From contig CAJTRV010000001.1 of the NCBI GenBank assembly GCA_910578855.1, positions 1,430 through 65,429 on the forward strand: 64,000 nt of DNA. Direction: 5' to 3'. Positions 18,542 through 27,081 of the stretch are shown here, piece by piece; the first letter of the stretch is position 1; the number at the start of each line of letters is the position of its first letter. Under the pieces are notes generated by a model. It did not search any database, was not told the DNA's origin, and saw only the letters and a program-made list of their open reading frames with translations. Source of the DNA: an uncultured Bacilli bacterium. GTDB taxonomy: Bacteria; Bacillota_I; Bacilli_A; RF39; UBA660. A program made the translations under genes and the position numbers.

Positions 18542-19158
18542 AATTAACCAGTAAAGAAGCAAGAGAATTTTTAGAAAATGAAAGAGCCAATTTTGAAAAT
18601 CAAAGATGGATAAATCATAGTGTTTGTGTAGGAGATACTGCTGGTAAAATTGCTGAAGCTTTGTATAAAAAAGATATTAATGTAGATATTGATAAAACAA
18701 TTGCATTAGGGTATATTCATGATATTGGCAAAAAATTTAATGAACATGGAGGAGTATTTCCACATGCAATAAATGGGTATAACTATATTAAAGAATTAGG
18801 ATATGATGAAGAATATGCAAGTATTTGTATTAAACATTCATTTCTAAACAATGATATAGATTGTATATCAAACGATAGAGATGAAACTGATAAATCTAAT
18901 CCTAATTATAATTTTGTAAAAGAATATATAAGCAAAGAATATAGTATTGAGGAAAAAATAATTAATTTATGTGATTTAATGTGTATAACTAAAACATTAA
19001 CTGTAGAAAAAAGAATGATAGATTTATTACTAAGGCATGGAGTATTTAAAAAGACACATTATCATATAGAAGAAACTATGAAATTAAAAGAATATTTTGA
19101 TGATTTATTAGGATATAATTTATATGATTTATTTCCAGAAATTAAAGATAATCTATAG
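18538..19158 (+). CDS. HD-domain phosphohydrolase
   Basis: H...YIHDIGK (HD motif). ATGA overlap with the upstream gene. Confidence 0.55.
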   Translation: MKLTSKEAREFLENERANFENQRWINHSVCVGDTAGKIAEALYKKDINVDIDKTIALGYIHDIGKKFNEHGGVFPHAINGYNYIKELGYDEEYASICIKHSFLNNDIDCISNDRDETDKSNPNYNFVKEYISKEYSIEEKIINLCDLMCITKTLTVEKRMIDLLLRHGVFKKTHYHIEETMKLKEYFDDLLGYNLYDLFPEIKDNL

Positions 19159-19169
19159 TTGGTGGTATT

Positions 19170-19772
19170 ATGACTATAAAAGATATGAAACAAGCTGTTA
19201 AGCTTTTAGAAAATGAATGGGATTTGGGAGAAAAGGAATCGGGAGCATCAAGGCATCTATGTGCATGGATTTACTTGATGGAAATATTAGAAGAAACCGA
19301 ACAATTTGTGTATTATAGAGAGAATGGTAATCTTTTAGGATTTGCTGGATATTCTAATGATAAATCAAAAAAGCATCTATTAAAAAAGAAATTTTATTCA
19401 TTTATAAAAAAACAATTGTATAAAAGCAAAGAAATAAAAGATATAAAAGCATTACATGAGTATGAAGATAATTACTACTATGTACCAGATGAATTGAAAA
19501 ATTACTTTGATGGAGAAGTATCTATGCTAATAATTGATGAAAAAATAAGAGGCAAAGGAATTGGAAAAAAATTACTTTTAGAAGTATTCGCTCTAGCTAA
19601 AAAAGATAATATGAAAAATCTTCAAATACTAACTGATGATTCTTGCAATTATTATATATATGAGTCATTAGGATGTAAGAAAGTATATGAAACAGTAATA
19701 GAAAATAAAGAATATGGTAAATTAGGTAATATTACAAAGGAAACTGCTTATATTTATGAAAAAGTATTATAA
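19170..19772 (+). CDS. GNAT-family N-acetyltransferase
   Basis: IRGKGIGKKLL (acetyl-CoA binding motif A). Confidence 0.55.
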   Translation: MTIKDMKQAVKLLENEWDLGEKESGASRHLCAWIYLMEILEETEQFVYYRENGNLLGFAGYSNDKSKKHLLKKKFYSFIKKQLYKSKEIKDIKALHEYEDNYYYVPDELKNYFDGEVSMLIIDEKIRGKGIGKKLLLEVFALAKKDNMKNLQILTDDSCNYYIYESLGCKKVYETVIENKEYGKLGNITKETAYIYEKVL

Positions 19773-19889
19773 ATTAGTGAAATAATATTCCCTATGAAAA
19801 AGGATATAGTAAAAAATTAGAAAATAATTAGTTCTATTGACTAATTTATACTAAACTATTATAATAATCTACCGAAATGAGGCGATTTT

Positions 19890-20531
19890 ATGTCAAGAGA
19901 ACAAAATGTAATAAATTATTATGTTATATGTAATAGATTAAAAAATGTTATCAGAACTGGTTGGAAAAATTGGAATGTGCAAAGAGAAAGAATTGAAAGT
20001 GTTGCGGAGCATATATTTGGTGTTCAAATGCTTGCAATTGCAATGAAGTCAGAGTATCAATATGATGTTGATATAATGAAAGTTATATTTATGCTAGCGA
20101 TACATGAACTTGGTGAAACAGTTATAGGCGACTTAACTCAATTTGAAATATCCAAAGAGGAAAAGGAAAAATTAGAGCATGAAGCAGTGCATAGAATATT
20201 AGGCGGTTTATTAGATGGTAACCAAATTGAAGCATTATTTTTAGAATTTGATTCCCATAGTACAAAAGAATCTATGTTTGCATATCAATGTGATAAGTTG
20301 GAATGTGATTTACAAAGTAAATTATATGATGAAGAAGGTTGTGTTGATTTAGATAAACAGGATGGTAATGAAACAATGAAAAATTCAAGAGTTCAAGAAT
20401 TGTTAAAAACAGGTGCTTCATGGTCAACTATGTGGCTTCAATTTGGACAACAAGTTTATCCATACGATGATAATTTTAGAGCAGTTTCTAATTATGCTAT
20501 AAATAATGAAATAGGTCCAAAAAGGAAATAA
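19890..20531 (+). CDS. HD-domain 5'-deoxynucleotidase (YfbR-like)
   Basis: SVAEHIF...AIHELGETVIGDLT: the H..HE/D..D metal-binding pattern of YfbR-type HD hydrolases. Confidence 0.6.
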   Translation: MSREQNVINYYVICNRLKNVIRTGWKNWNVQRERIESVAEHIFGVQMLAIAMKSEYQYDVDIMKVIFMLAIHELGETVIGDLTQFEISKEEKEKLEHEAVHRILGGLLDGNQIEALFLEFDSHSTKESMFAYQCDKLECDLQSKLYDEEGCVDLDKQDGNETMKNSRVQELLKTGASWSTMWLQFGQQVYPYDDNFRAVSNYAINNEIGPKRK

Positions 20532-20550
20532 AAAGTATTAAGTTTAAAAA

Positions 20551-20591
20551 TGCAAACTTGCACAAAAACCAAAAAAATATGCAAAATTGCA
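20551..20591. promoter_or_regulatory. Two copies of inverted-repeat operator TGCAA-N2-TTGCA (tgcaaacttgca, tgcaaaattgca) overlapping a TTGACA -35-like element
   Basis: Seen directly. Same motif recurs at 21576..21587 and 24500..24531. Confidence 0.5.
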
Positions 20592-20657
20592 TTTTTTATA
20601 TTGACAAAAAACTTAAATTGTTATAGTATATAAAACAATTCAAAAGGGGGAGATTCT

Positions 20658-21521
20658 ATGTTAAATACTCAATCTATGAATCTTGATTTAATTAGAACCT
20701 TTGTAATTGTTGGTCAATCTAGGGATTATAATGACGCTGCTTCAAAGTTAAATATGGATAGATCTAATGTATCAAGACATATTAAAACTCTTGAAGAATT
20801 AATGGGAACTAAATTAATAAATAAAAATGCTAAAAACTATATTGAATTAACAGAAGATGGTAAGGTGTTATTTGATGGATATGAAAAAGCATACAATTTA
20901 TTATTTATTACTGAAAAGACATATTTACAAAATAAAGACTTAAATAGTGGTAAAATATCAATTGGTATTTCTAGTGATATAGAATCTAAAATTTTAATTG
21001 ATAAAATAGTAGATTTTAAAAAGAAATATGCTGATACAGCATTTAAAACAATAAATTTACCTTCAAAAAGTTTAGTAGAAAAGTTATCACATTATACACT
21101 TGACTTTGTTATAGATGAAAAATCAGATAGTTATAAGAAAAGTAGTGGTGTTAAATCTATAGATTTATTTGATGAAGAATACTGTCTAGTATATTCAAAA
21201 AATAATTTTGCTATTTCAGATATTTCAGATTTAAAAGATCTTTCATTTATATTACCTGTTAGTACAAAACAAGAAAGAAAATTATTTGAAGAATATTTAA
21301 GTGATAATCAAATAACAAGAAGATTATCTATAGAAACATCTAATTATTTTTCTTCAATCGAATATGCTAAGAATGGATTAGGAGTAGCTTTAGTTCCTAA
21401 AAGTATGATAGTTGATGAATTAGAAGTTTTTGATATTGATTTAAAAAAGACTATCACATTAAGTTATGTTGAGAATAATTTATCACCATCATCAAAAGAG
21501 TTTTTGAAAGAATTTAAATAA
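20658..21521 (+). CDS. LysR-family transcriptional regulator
   Basis: N-terminal HTH (LIRTFVIVGQSRDYNDAASKLNMDRSNVSRHIKTLEE) plus substrate-binding-domain-sized C-terminus. Confidence 0.7.
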   Translation: MLNTQSMNLDLIRTFVIVGQSRDYNDAASKLNMDRSNVSRHIKTLEELMGTKLINKNAKNYIELTEDGKVLFDGYEKAYNLLFITEKTYLQNKDLNSGKISIGISSDIESKILIDKIVDFKKKYADTAFKTINLPSKSLVEKLSHYTLDFVIDEKSDSYKKSSGVKSIDLFDEEYCLVYSKNNFAISDISDLKDLSFILPVSTKQERKLFEEYLSDNQITRRLSIETSNYFSSIEYAKNGLGVALVPKSMIVDELEVFDIDLKKTITLSYVENNLSPSSKEFLKEFK

Positions 21522-21575
21522 TATACTAAAAATATTTATAATCTAATTTCAATTTTGAAGTTAGATTTTTTTTAA

Positions 21576-21587
21576 TGCAATTTTGCA
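21576..21587. promoter_or_regulatory. Operator copy TGCAA-TT-TTGCA upstream of the radical SAM gene
   Basis: tgcaattttgca, followed by a ttgact/-10-like region. Confidence 0.45.
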
Positions 21588-21666
21588 TATACAATTGTAA
21601 AATTGACTGGATATATTTGGCAATAAAGATGTTAGAATAATCACTAATTAAAAAAGAGGTGATTTT

Positions 21667-22791
21667 ATGTCTGTAATTGAAATGCACTCTAGTTGGCTTG
21701 CTATTAATTCAATCGTTGGATGTCCTAATGGATGTAAATATTGTTTATTACAAGCTACTAATGATAATAATTGTTTACCTAAAGAATTAGCGACACCAGA
21801 AGAAGCAGTTAAGCAATTATTAGAGTACAAATATTATGACAAAGATATTCCAGTATGTTTATTGCCTAATACAGATGTTTTTGTAAATCCAAAGAATGTT
21901 AAATACTTATTAAAATTACTAGATGAGATTGAAAAAAATAATATATTAAATGATTTAATTATTATTACAAAATGTAAAATAACAGATGAAGTTATAATGA
22001 AGGTAAAAGGCTTGAAATCAAAAGGTCAAAATGTTGTTTTCTATATTAGTTATTCTGGATTAGGAAAAGAAATAGAACCTAGAATATCAGAGGAAATATT
22101 AAGAGATAATTTTAAAAAACTAAGTGAAAATGGTATTGATGTAATTCACTATTATAGACCATTTCTACCACAAAATTCAGATCCGGAAAAAATTAAAGAA
22201 ATTCTTGATTATGTTAATCAATATACTGATATTTCAGTAACAACTGGATTAGCTCTTATTGAAACATTCATAAATAAAATTGATTGTTGGGATGAAATAA
22301 AAGAAAATAAAGAAGCTAGTTTAAAAGCAAATTGTGTATGGCCTGAAAGTGCTTGGAATTATTTTAATAATAATTATTCTCATCCACAACAAATATTTCA
22401 AACTAATACTTGTGGATTAAATACTAAATTAAAAAGGCCTTCAACACAATACTATGGAACAGAAGAATGCTTAAAATATAATCATTGTAGCAAAGAGCAA
22501 AGAGAACGTTGTAGATTAGCTCATCAAAAGATAAGTGAAGATTTAATAAAGATGAGATGTTCATTACTATTAAATAAATTAGGATTTGATTCTAATAATG
22601 TTGAATATATTTTTGATAAATATGGAAGTTTGGAACTTAAAAATATAGATTTAAAGATTAGTGATGCTTCTTATTTATCATATAAATTGGGAACAAAAGT
22701 ATATGTCTCTACTAATAATATTGTTAAAGATACTTATAATTCAACTTTAAATGGTGCTAAGCCACTTGTTTTAAAGGCAGGTGTTAAATAA
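21667..22791 (+). CDS. Radical SAM enzyme (CxxxCxxC at residues 19-26); subclass unassigned
   Basis: CPNGCKYC near the N-terminus. About 375 aa. Coupled (TAATG overlap) to the downstream MazG-Nudix gene. Confidence 0.6.
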   Translation: MSVIEMHSSWLAINSIVGCPNGCKYCLLQATNDNNCLPKELATPEEAVKQLLEYKYYDKDIPVCLLPNTDVFVNPKNVKYLLKLLDEIEKNNILNDLIIITKCKITDEVIMKVKGLKSKGQNVVFYISYSGLGKEIEPRISEEILRDNFKKLSENGIDVIHYYRPFLPQNSDPEKIKEILDYVNQYTDISVTTGLALIETFINKIDCWDEIKENKEASLKANCVWPESAWNYFNNNYSHPQQIFQTNTCGLNTKLKRPSTQYYGTEECLKYNHCSKEQRERCRLAHQKISEDLIKMRCSLLLNKLGFDSNNVEYIFDKYGSLELKNIDLKISDASYLSYKLGTKVYVSTNNIVKDTYNSTLNGAKPLVLKAGVK

Positions 22792-24344
22792 TGAATGATA
22801 TTATTAAATTCTTAGATGTTCATTATGATGCTGCTTTAAAATTAGTGAGTGATTTTGATATAACAAAAAATAAAGAGTGGGATCCACAAATATATTTAAA
22901 TGAGTTATATGTACAATTAGGTCATGTTTATAATGTTTTATTTGCTAATGAAAATGTTAATGAAAATAAAAGAAAAATAGATAATTTAGGTGATGAATTA
23001 TCTGATGTATTACTACAATTAATTAATTTAGCAAGAGTGTTAAATATAGATATGTATGAAATAAAAGAATATAAAGATTATAAGTATGATGATTTAAATG
23101 GATTAACAATTCTTTTAGGACAACTTACAGAAGCAGTTATGGAAATATATGAATGTCGTTTTAAAAAGAATAGAGCAGATTTTGATACAAGTTATGACTT
23201 TGTAAAAGATAGATTGTATAAATTATTTATTATTACATACAAAATATCTAAAAAATATAAATTAAATATGATTAAAGAATTTGATGATATGTTAAAAGAT
23301 GCAAATGGATTCTTAGATAGATTTAGAAAAGGTAGTAAAAATAAAGTAGAATTTATAGATATATTTGATAAAGATGGTAATTTACTTGGTTATTGTGAAA
23401 AAAATAATGCTCATAAATTAGGATATTATCATAAGGTATTTGGTTGTTTAATATATAACAATAAAAAGAATAAAGTGTTTTTACAATTAAAGAATCCAAA
23501 TCATAATAAAGTAAATAAGAAACCACTTCTTGAAATAACAGCTGGTGGACACTTGATGTCAGGAGAAACAGTTAGAAATGGTGTAAGAGAAATAAAAGAA
23601 GAAACAGGATTAGATGTTGAGTATGAAAAATTAACATTTATAGAAGAAAGAACTTGTAATAAAACAATCACAAAAGATTATAAAATACATGAATTTCAAT
23701 ATTATTATGCAGTAGATTTAAAAATAAATGTTGAAGATTTTAAAAATTATGATCCAGAAGAAGTTATGGGGTTTGTTGAATTAGATATACATGATTTATT
23801 AAGGTTACTAAATAACAAGGTTAAAAGAATAAAAGGAAAAAGAGAAAATGGTAAAATAGTAAATGTTACTAAAGATGATTTAGATAAAGCATATATTAAG
23901 AATGGTTTATATCTATCTTTATTAACAAAATTAAATATTAAGAAGGGGGAAAAAGTCATGAATAATAAGCTTAAAAAATTATATAAATATACTAATAAAC
24001 AAATAAAGAAAAATCCAAATATGTATTATTTTGATGATGGTACAGTTTGTCAAAACCAAGACTATGAAAAAGATAATGTGAAATATTCGGTTATGAAAGT
24101 TAATACAGATATTAATACAAATAATTATTTAGTATATTTACTTATAATAAGTGGTAAAAAATCCATACCACAAATGTTAGTCAGAAGTTTCAAAACTGAT
24201 AGAGGAACAACAACATATTTTAATAAGTTATGTTCTTTAGTTGAGAAAAATACTAATCAAGATATTATTTCAAAATGTTATGATAAACTAATTGAAAGCA
24301 ATCCAAAACCAACTCCATTATTTAGTAGAATATTTAACCTGTAA
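22791..24344 (+). CDS. Fusion of MazG-like NTP pyrophosphohydrolase domain and Nudix hydrolase domain
   Basis: N-terminal LGDELSDVLLQLINLA (MazG EExxE-type helix). Central Nudix box GGHLMSGETVRNGVREIKEETGL (Gx5Ex7REUxEExGU). Confidence 0.65.
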   Translation: MNDIIKFLDVHYDAALKLVSDFDITKNKEWDPQIYLNELYVQLGHVYNVLFANENVNENKRKIDNLGDELSDVLLQLINLARVLNIDMYEIKEYKDYKYDDLNGLTILLGQLTEAVMEIYECRFKKNRADFDTSYDFVKDRLYKLFIITYKISKKYKLNMIKEFDDMLKDANGFLDRFRKGSKNKVEFIDIFDKDGNLLGYCEKNNAHKLGYYHKVFGCLIYNNKKNKVFLQLKNPNHNKVNKKPLLEITAGGHLMSGETVRNGVREIKEETGLDVEYEKLTFIEERTCNKTITKDYKIHEFQYYYAVDLKINVEDFKNYDPEEVMGFVELDIHDLLRLLNNKVKRIKGKRENGKIVNVTKDDLDKAYIKNGLYLSLLTKLNIKKGEKVMNNKLKKLYKYTNKQIKKNPNMYYFDDGTVCQNQDYEKDNVKYSVMKVNTDINTNNYLVYLLIISGKKSIPQMLVRSFKTDRGTTTYFNKLCSLVEKNTNQDIISKCYDKLIESNPKPTPLFSRIFNL

Positions 24345-24499
24345 GACCAAGTATCAGATTTACTATCAGATGAAGTATCAAATCAAGTATCAATTTTGGT
24401 ATTAGATTTTTGGGGGTAACAAATACCAGACATTCATGTTATACTTGTTATAAATAGGACGAACTTTGAAAAAAAGTCCTATTTTTTTGCCTTTTCGAG

Positions 24500-24531
24500 T
24501 GCAAATTTGCAATTTTATGTGCAAAATTGCA
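24500..24531. promoter_or_regulatory. Two operator copies TGCAA-N2-TTGCA (tgcaaatttgca, tgcaaaattgca) upstream of the first ArpU-like gene
   Basis: Seen directly. Followed by a ttgact ... taagat promoter-like pair. Confidence 0.45.
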
Positions 24532-24702
24532 AATAAACTCTTGACTTTTTCCAAAAAAGTTGTAAGATAAATGGCAATTATTTACATTAATTTGTAAGTA
24601 ACTATTGGGGTTTCTGGTGATTGTGGCGCATTTTAAAAGTTGTATTTTTCAAAGAGAGATTACTAGGACTTCATGTGATTTCTCTTTTTTGTTAAGTAGG
24701 GG

Positions 24703-25188
24703 GTGGATTTGCTCATGCAAGTAGAATTTAAAAAGAAGTACCTTGATGAATATGATCTAAAAGCAATTGTTAAAGCTGTATATAATTTGTTTGATGATTA
24801 TAATTACAAGAAAGCTATTGCACAAGAGTATTTAGATTCAATATATCAACATAGATTAACAGATAAACCTGAATATTCTAAATATCATAAGAAAATAGAT
24901 TCAACATACAATACAGTTGAAAAAAGGGACAAAGTAGTAAATTACCTTAATGAATTTGATAGAAAATTAGAATTTTTATTATCAACATTCACAGCAGAAG
25001 AAATGAAAATCTATAACCATAGTGTAATAGGGAGAGAACAAGATAAACAAATCAGGGATAGAATATGCAAAACTGATAGAACATATTATCCAATTAAAAA
25101 GAGCTGTTATGTTAAAATAGCACTTAGATTTGGATTGGTAGATGGTTTTACGAAGGATGTATTCGCGACTATTAGTCTATTTGACTAA
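24703..25188 (+). CDS. ArpU/RinA-like (sigma-70 region-4-like) small transcriptional regulator
   Basis: About 160 aa. C-terminal ...KKSCYVKIALRFG. Paralog of 25511..25960. Confidence 0.45.
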   Translation: MDLLMQVEFKKKYLDEYDLKAIVKAVYNLFDDYNYKKAIAQEYLDSIYQHRLTDKPEYSKYHKKIDSTYNTVEKRDKVVNYLNEFDRKLEFLLSTFTAEEMKIYNHSVIGREQDKQIRDRICKTDRTYYPIKKSCYVKIALRFGLVDGFTKDVFATISLFD

Positions 25189-25510
25189 TGGCCGTCCTTT
25201 TTTTTTGCCATTTTTTTGAAAAAAGTTTTAAAAAATTATTTGAGAAAATTTCTAATAAACGAATTTATTTAATAGTTTATTTTTTGATTTAGCCCTTATA
25301 AAATAAGACTTTTAATTAAAAATCATCCAACTAAAAATTCAACTAAATATTCAATTAAATTCGCTACTGACATTCCAAGAGCAAGATGCTAAAATGTAGT
25401 AAAATGGGATAAGTTTAAAGAAAGGAACTATTCCATTTTTATTTTCACTATTTTTTTGAAGGACAAATTTATTTTGTTCTTTTTTTGTACTTTCAGAGGG
25501 AGATGGTTTT

Positions 25511-25960
25511 ATGCCAAAAATTAAAGAACCAAAATTATATGATAAGGAAGTTTTAGAGGAATACAATTATCCTGAAACAAGGGAAATGGTATTACATTAT
25601 TTTTCAAAGTATAGAGCTTATAGTGTTAAGGTTGAAGAAATATGTGATTCTTATCAATCTCCATTGTCAAATGATTCAATGGGGATTTTTTCATCCAATA
25701 TAAGTGATCCAACTTCCAAGCGTGCTTTAAAAATAATAGAGTATAAGGAATATATTGATTATATGAATAAGCAATTTAAAGGTTTAAGATTAAGACTTAC
25801 ATCAGATGAAAAGATAATATTTAATTATTCAATATTATCAAAACATACTGATGAAGAATTGGCTGAAAAATTATCTATGGAAAAAAGTAGTATTTATCAT
25901 AGAAAGAAAAGCTGTTATATTAAAGTAGCTAAGTATTTTCATATAGAAGTCTTTAATTAA
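25511..25960 (+). CDS. ArpU/RinA-like small transcriptional regulator (paralog)
   Basis: C-terminal ELAEKLSMEKSSIYHRKKSCYIKVAKYF, paralogous to the upstream gene. Confidence 0.45.
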   Translation: MPKIKEPKLYDKEVLEEYNYPETREMVLHYFSKYRAYSVKVEEICDSYQSPLSNDSMGIFSSNISDPTSKRALKIIEYKEYIDYMNKQFKGLRLRLTSDEKIIFNYSILSKHTDEELAEKLSMEKSSIYHRKKSCYIKVAKYFHIEVFN

Positions 25961-26038
25961 AATTGAAAGTTAAAATAATAGTGAATTTTTGAGTTATTAC
26001 TCTCGTTAAAAGTAAGAATTAATAAGGAGGTGTAAATT

Positions 26039-26284
26039 TTGAGGGAGATTAGAGTTTATATGCCTGAATATTTAATCAATAATATTGATGAACGTTGCGC
26101 AGAACTTAATATCAACAGATCTGAATATCTTAGAACATTAGCTAATTTAGATATTTCTGTTCAAAGATACCAGCAACTTACAAGATATGCAAATCAAATG
26201 TTTAACAATATTAATAATATTCATGCAGAACTTGGTGTTTTTGTAACACCATTACAAGAAGTTCCAATGATTTGTATGGATTAG
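26039..26284 (+). CDS. Ribbon-helix-helix (CopG/MobC-like) small DNA-binding protein
   Basis: INRSEYLRTLANL is an RHH helix pattern. 81 aa. Confidence 0.4.
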   Translation: MREIRVYMPEYLINNIDERCAELNINRSEYLRTLANLDISVQRYQQLTRYANQMFNNINNIHAELGVFVTPLQEVPMICMD

Positions 26285-26344
26285 GGGCTGACATTTTAAG
26301 AAAACTGCTGTATAATAATAGTAATAAATGAGGAGGAGTTTTCT

Positions 26345-27019
26345 ATGAAAAAAAGAAAGAAAATGCCTCTTGTAATTTTAACTTTAATGGTATTAGTTTT
26401 AATTGCTAGTATTAGTATATTTACCTTTAACGCAAGAGAAACAAAAAATAAAGACAGTGTTTTATTAGAAGAGAAGAAAGCAAATGTAGTTAAGGATAAA
26501 AAAATAGATGAAAAATCAAATGACAAAGTTGATGAAATTGAATCTGTAGATAAAACTAAAGAAGAAAGTAAGAAGAAAGAAAATACACTTACTTCGTCAA
26601 ATAGTAAAAAAGAATCTACTGTTTCAAATCAAAAATCAACGCAATCATACAATAATTCGAGTGCTACTAATAATTCTAAAAAACAAGAAGAGTCAGTAGT
26701 TAATAAAGCTCAAACTCAAACTAATAATACACAACCAAATAATAATCAATCATCAAACAATGTTACAACAGATCCTTATAATTATATTACAGGTGGAGTA
26801 ATAGATGCACCAACAAAAGATGCTTGCTTAGCAAAAGGAGATGCTATCTTAAATAGGCATTTAGATGAATTGATGAATTATAATAGTATGCACATGGATA
26901 ATCAAAGAAGTCAGGATATTACTAACTTAGAATGTTATCCGGTACATAAACCAGATCAAGATGGTTGGTTTTTAAACATCTTGTGCAATTCTGGAAATTG
27001 TAATAGTAAATATAAATAG
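26345..27019 (+). CDS. Membrane-anchored S/N/Q/K-rich protein with Cys-containing C-terminal domain
   Basis: N-terminal TM (LVILTLMVLVLIASISIF), low-complexity middle, 4 Cys in the last 60 aa. Confidence 0.45.
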   Translation: MKKRKKMPLVILTLMVLVLIASISIFTFNARETKNKDSVLLEEKKANVVKDKKIDEKSNDKVDEIESVDKTKEESKKKENTLTSSNSKKESTVSNQKSTQSYNNSSATNNSKKQEESVVNKAQTQTNNTQPNNNQSSNNVTTDPYNYITGGVIDAPTKDACLAKGDAILNRHLDELMNYNSMHMDNQRSQDITNLECYPVHKPDQDGWFLNILCNSGNCNSKYK

Positions 27020-27081
27020 AACAGTGATGTTCTTTTTATTTTTGACTATAAAAATATTTCATAGGTACTAATTAGATATTA

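Noticed and set aside
20579-20592. Apparent 14-bp perfect palindrome ATGCAAAATTGCAT
   Set aside because: On checking, the reverse complement is ATGCAATTTTGCAT. The real symmetry is the shorter TGCAA-N2-TTGCA inverted repeat, reported as such.
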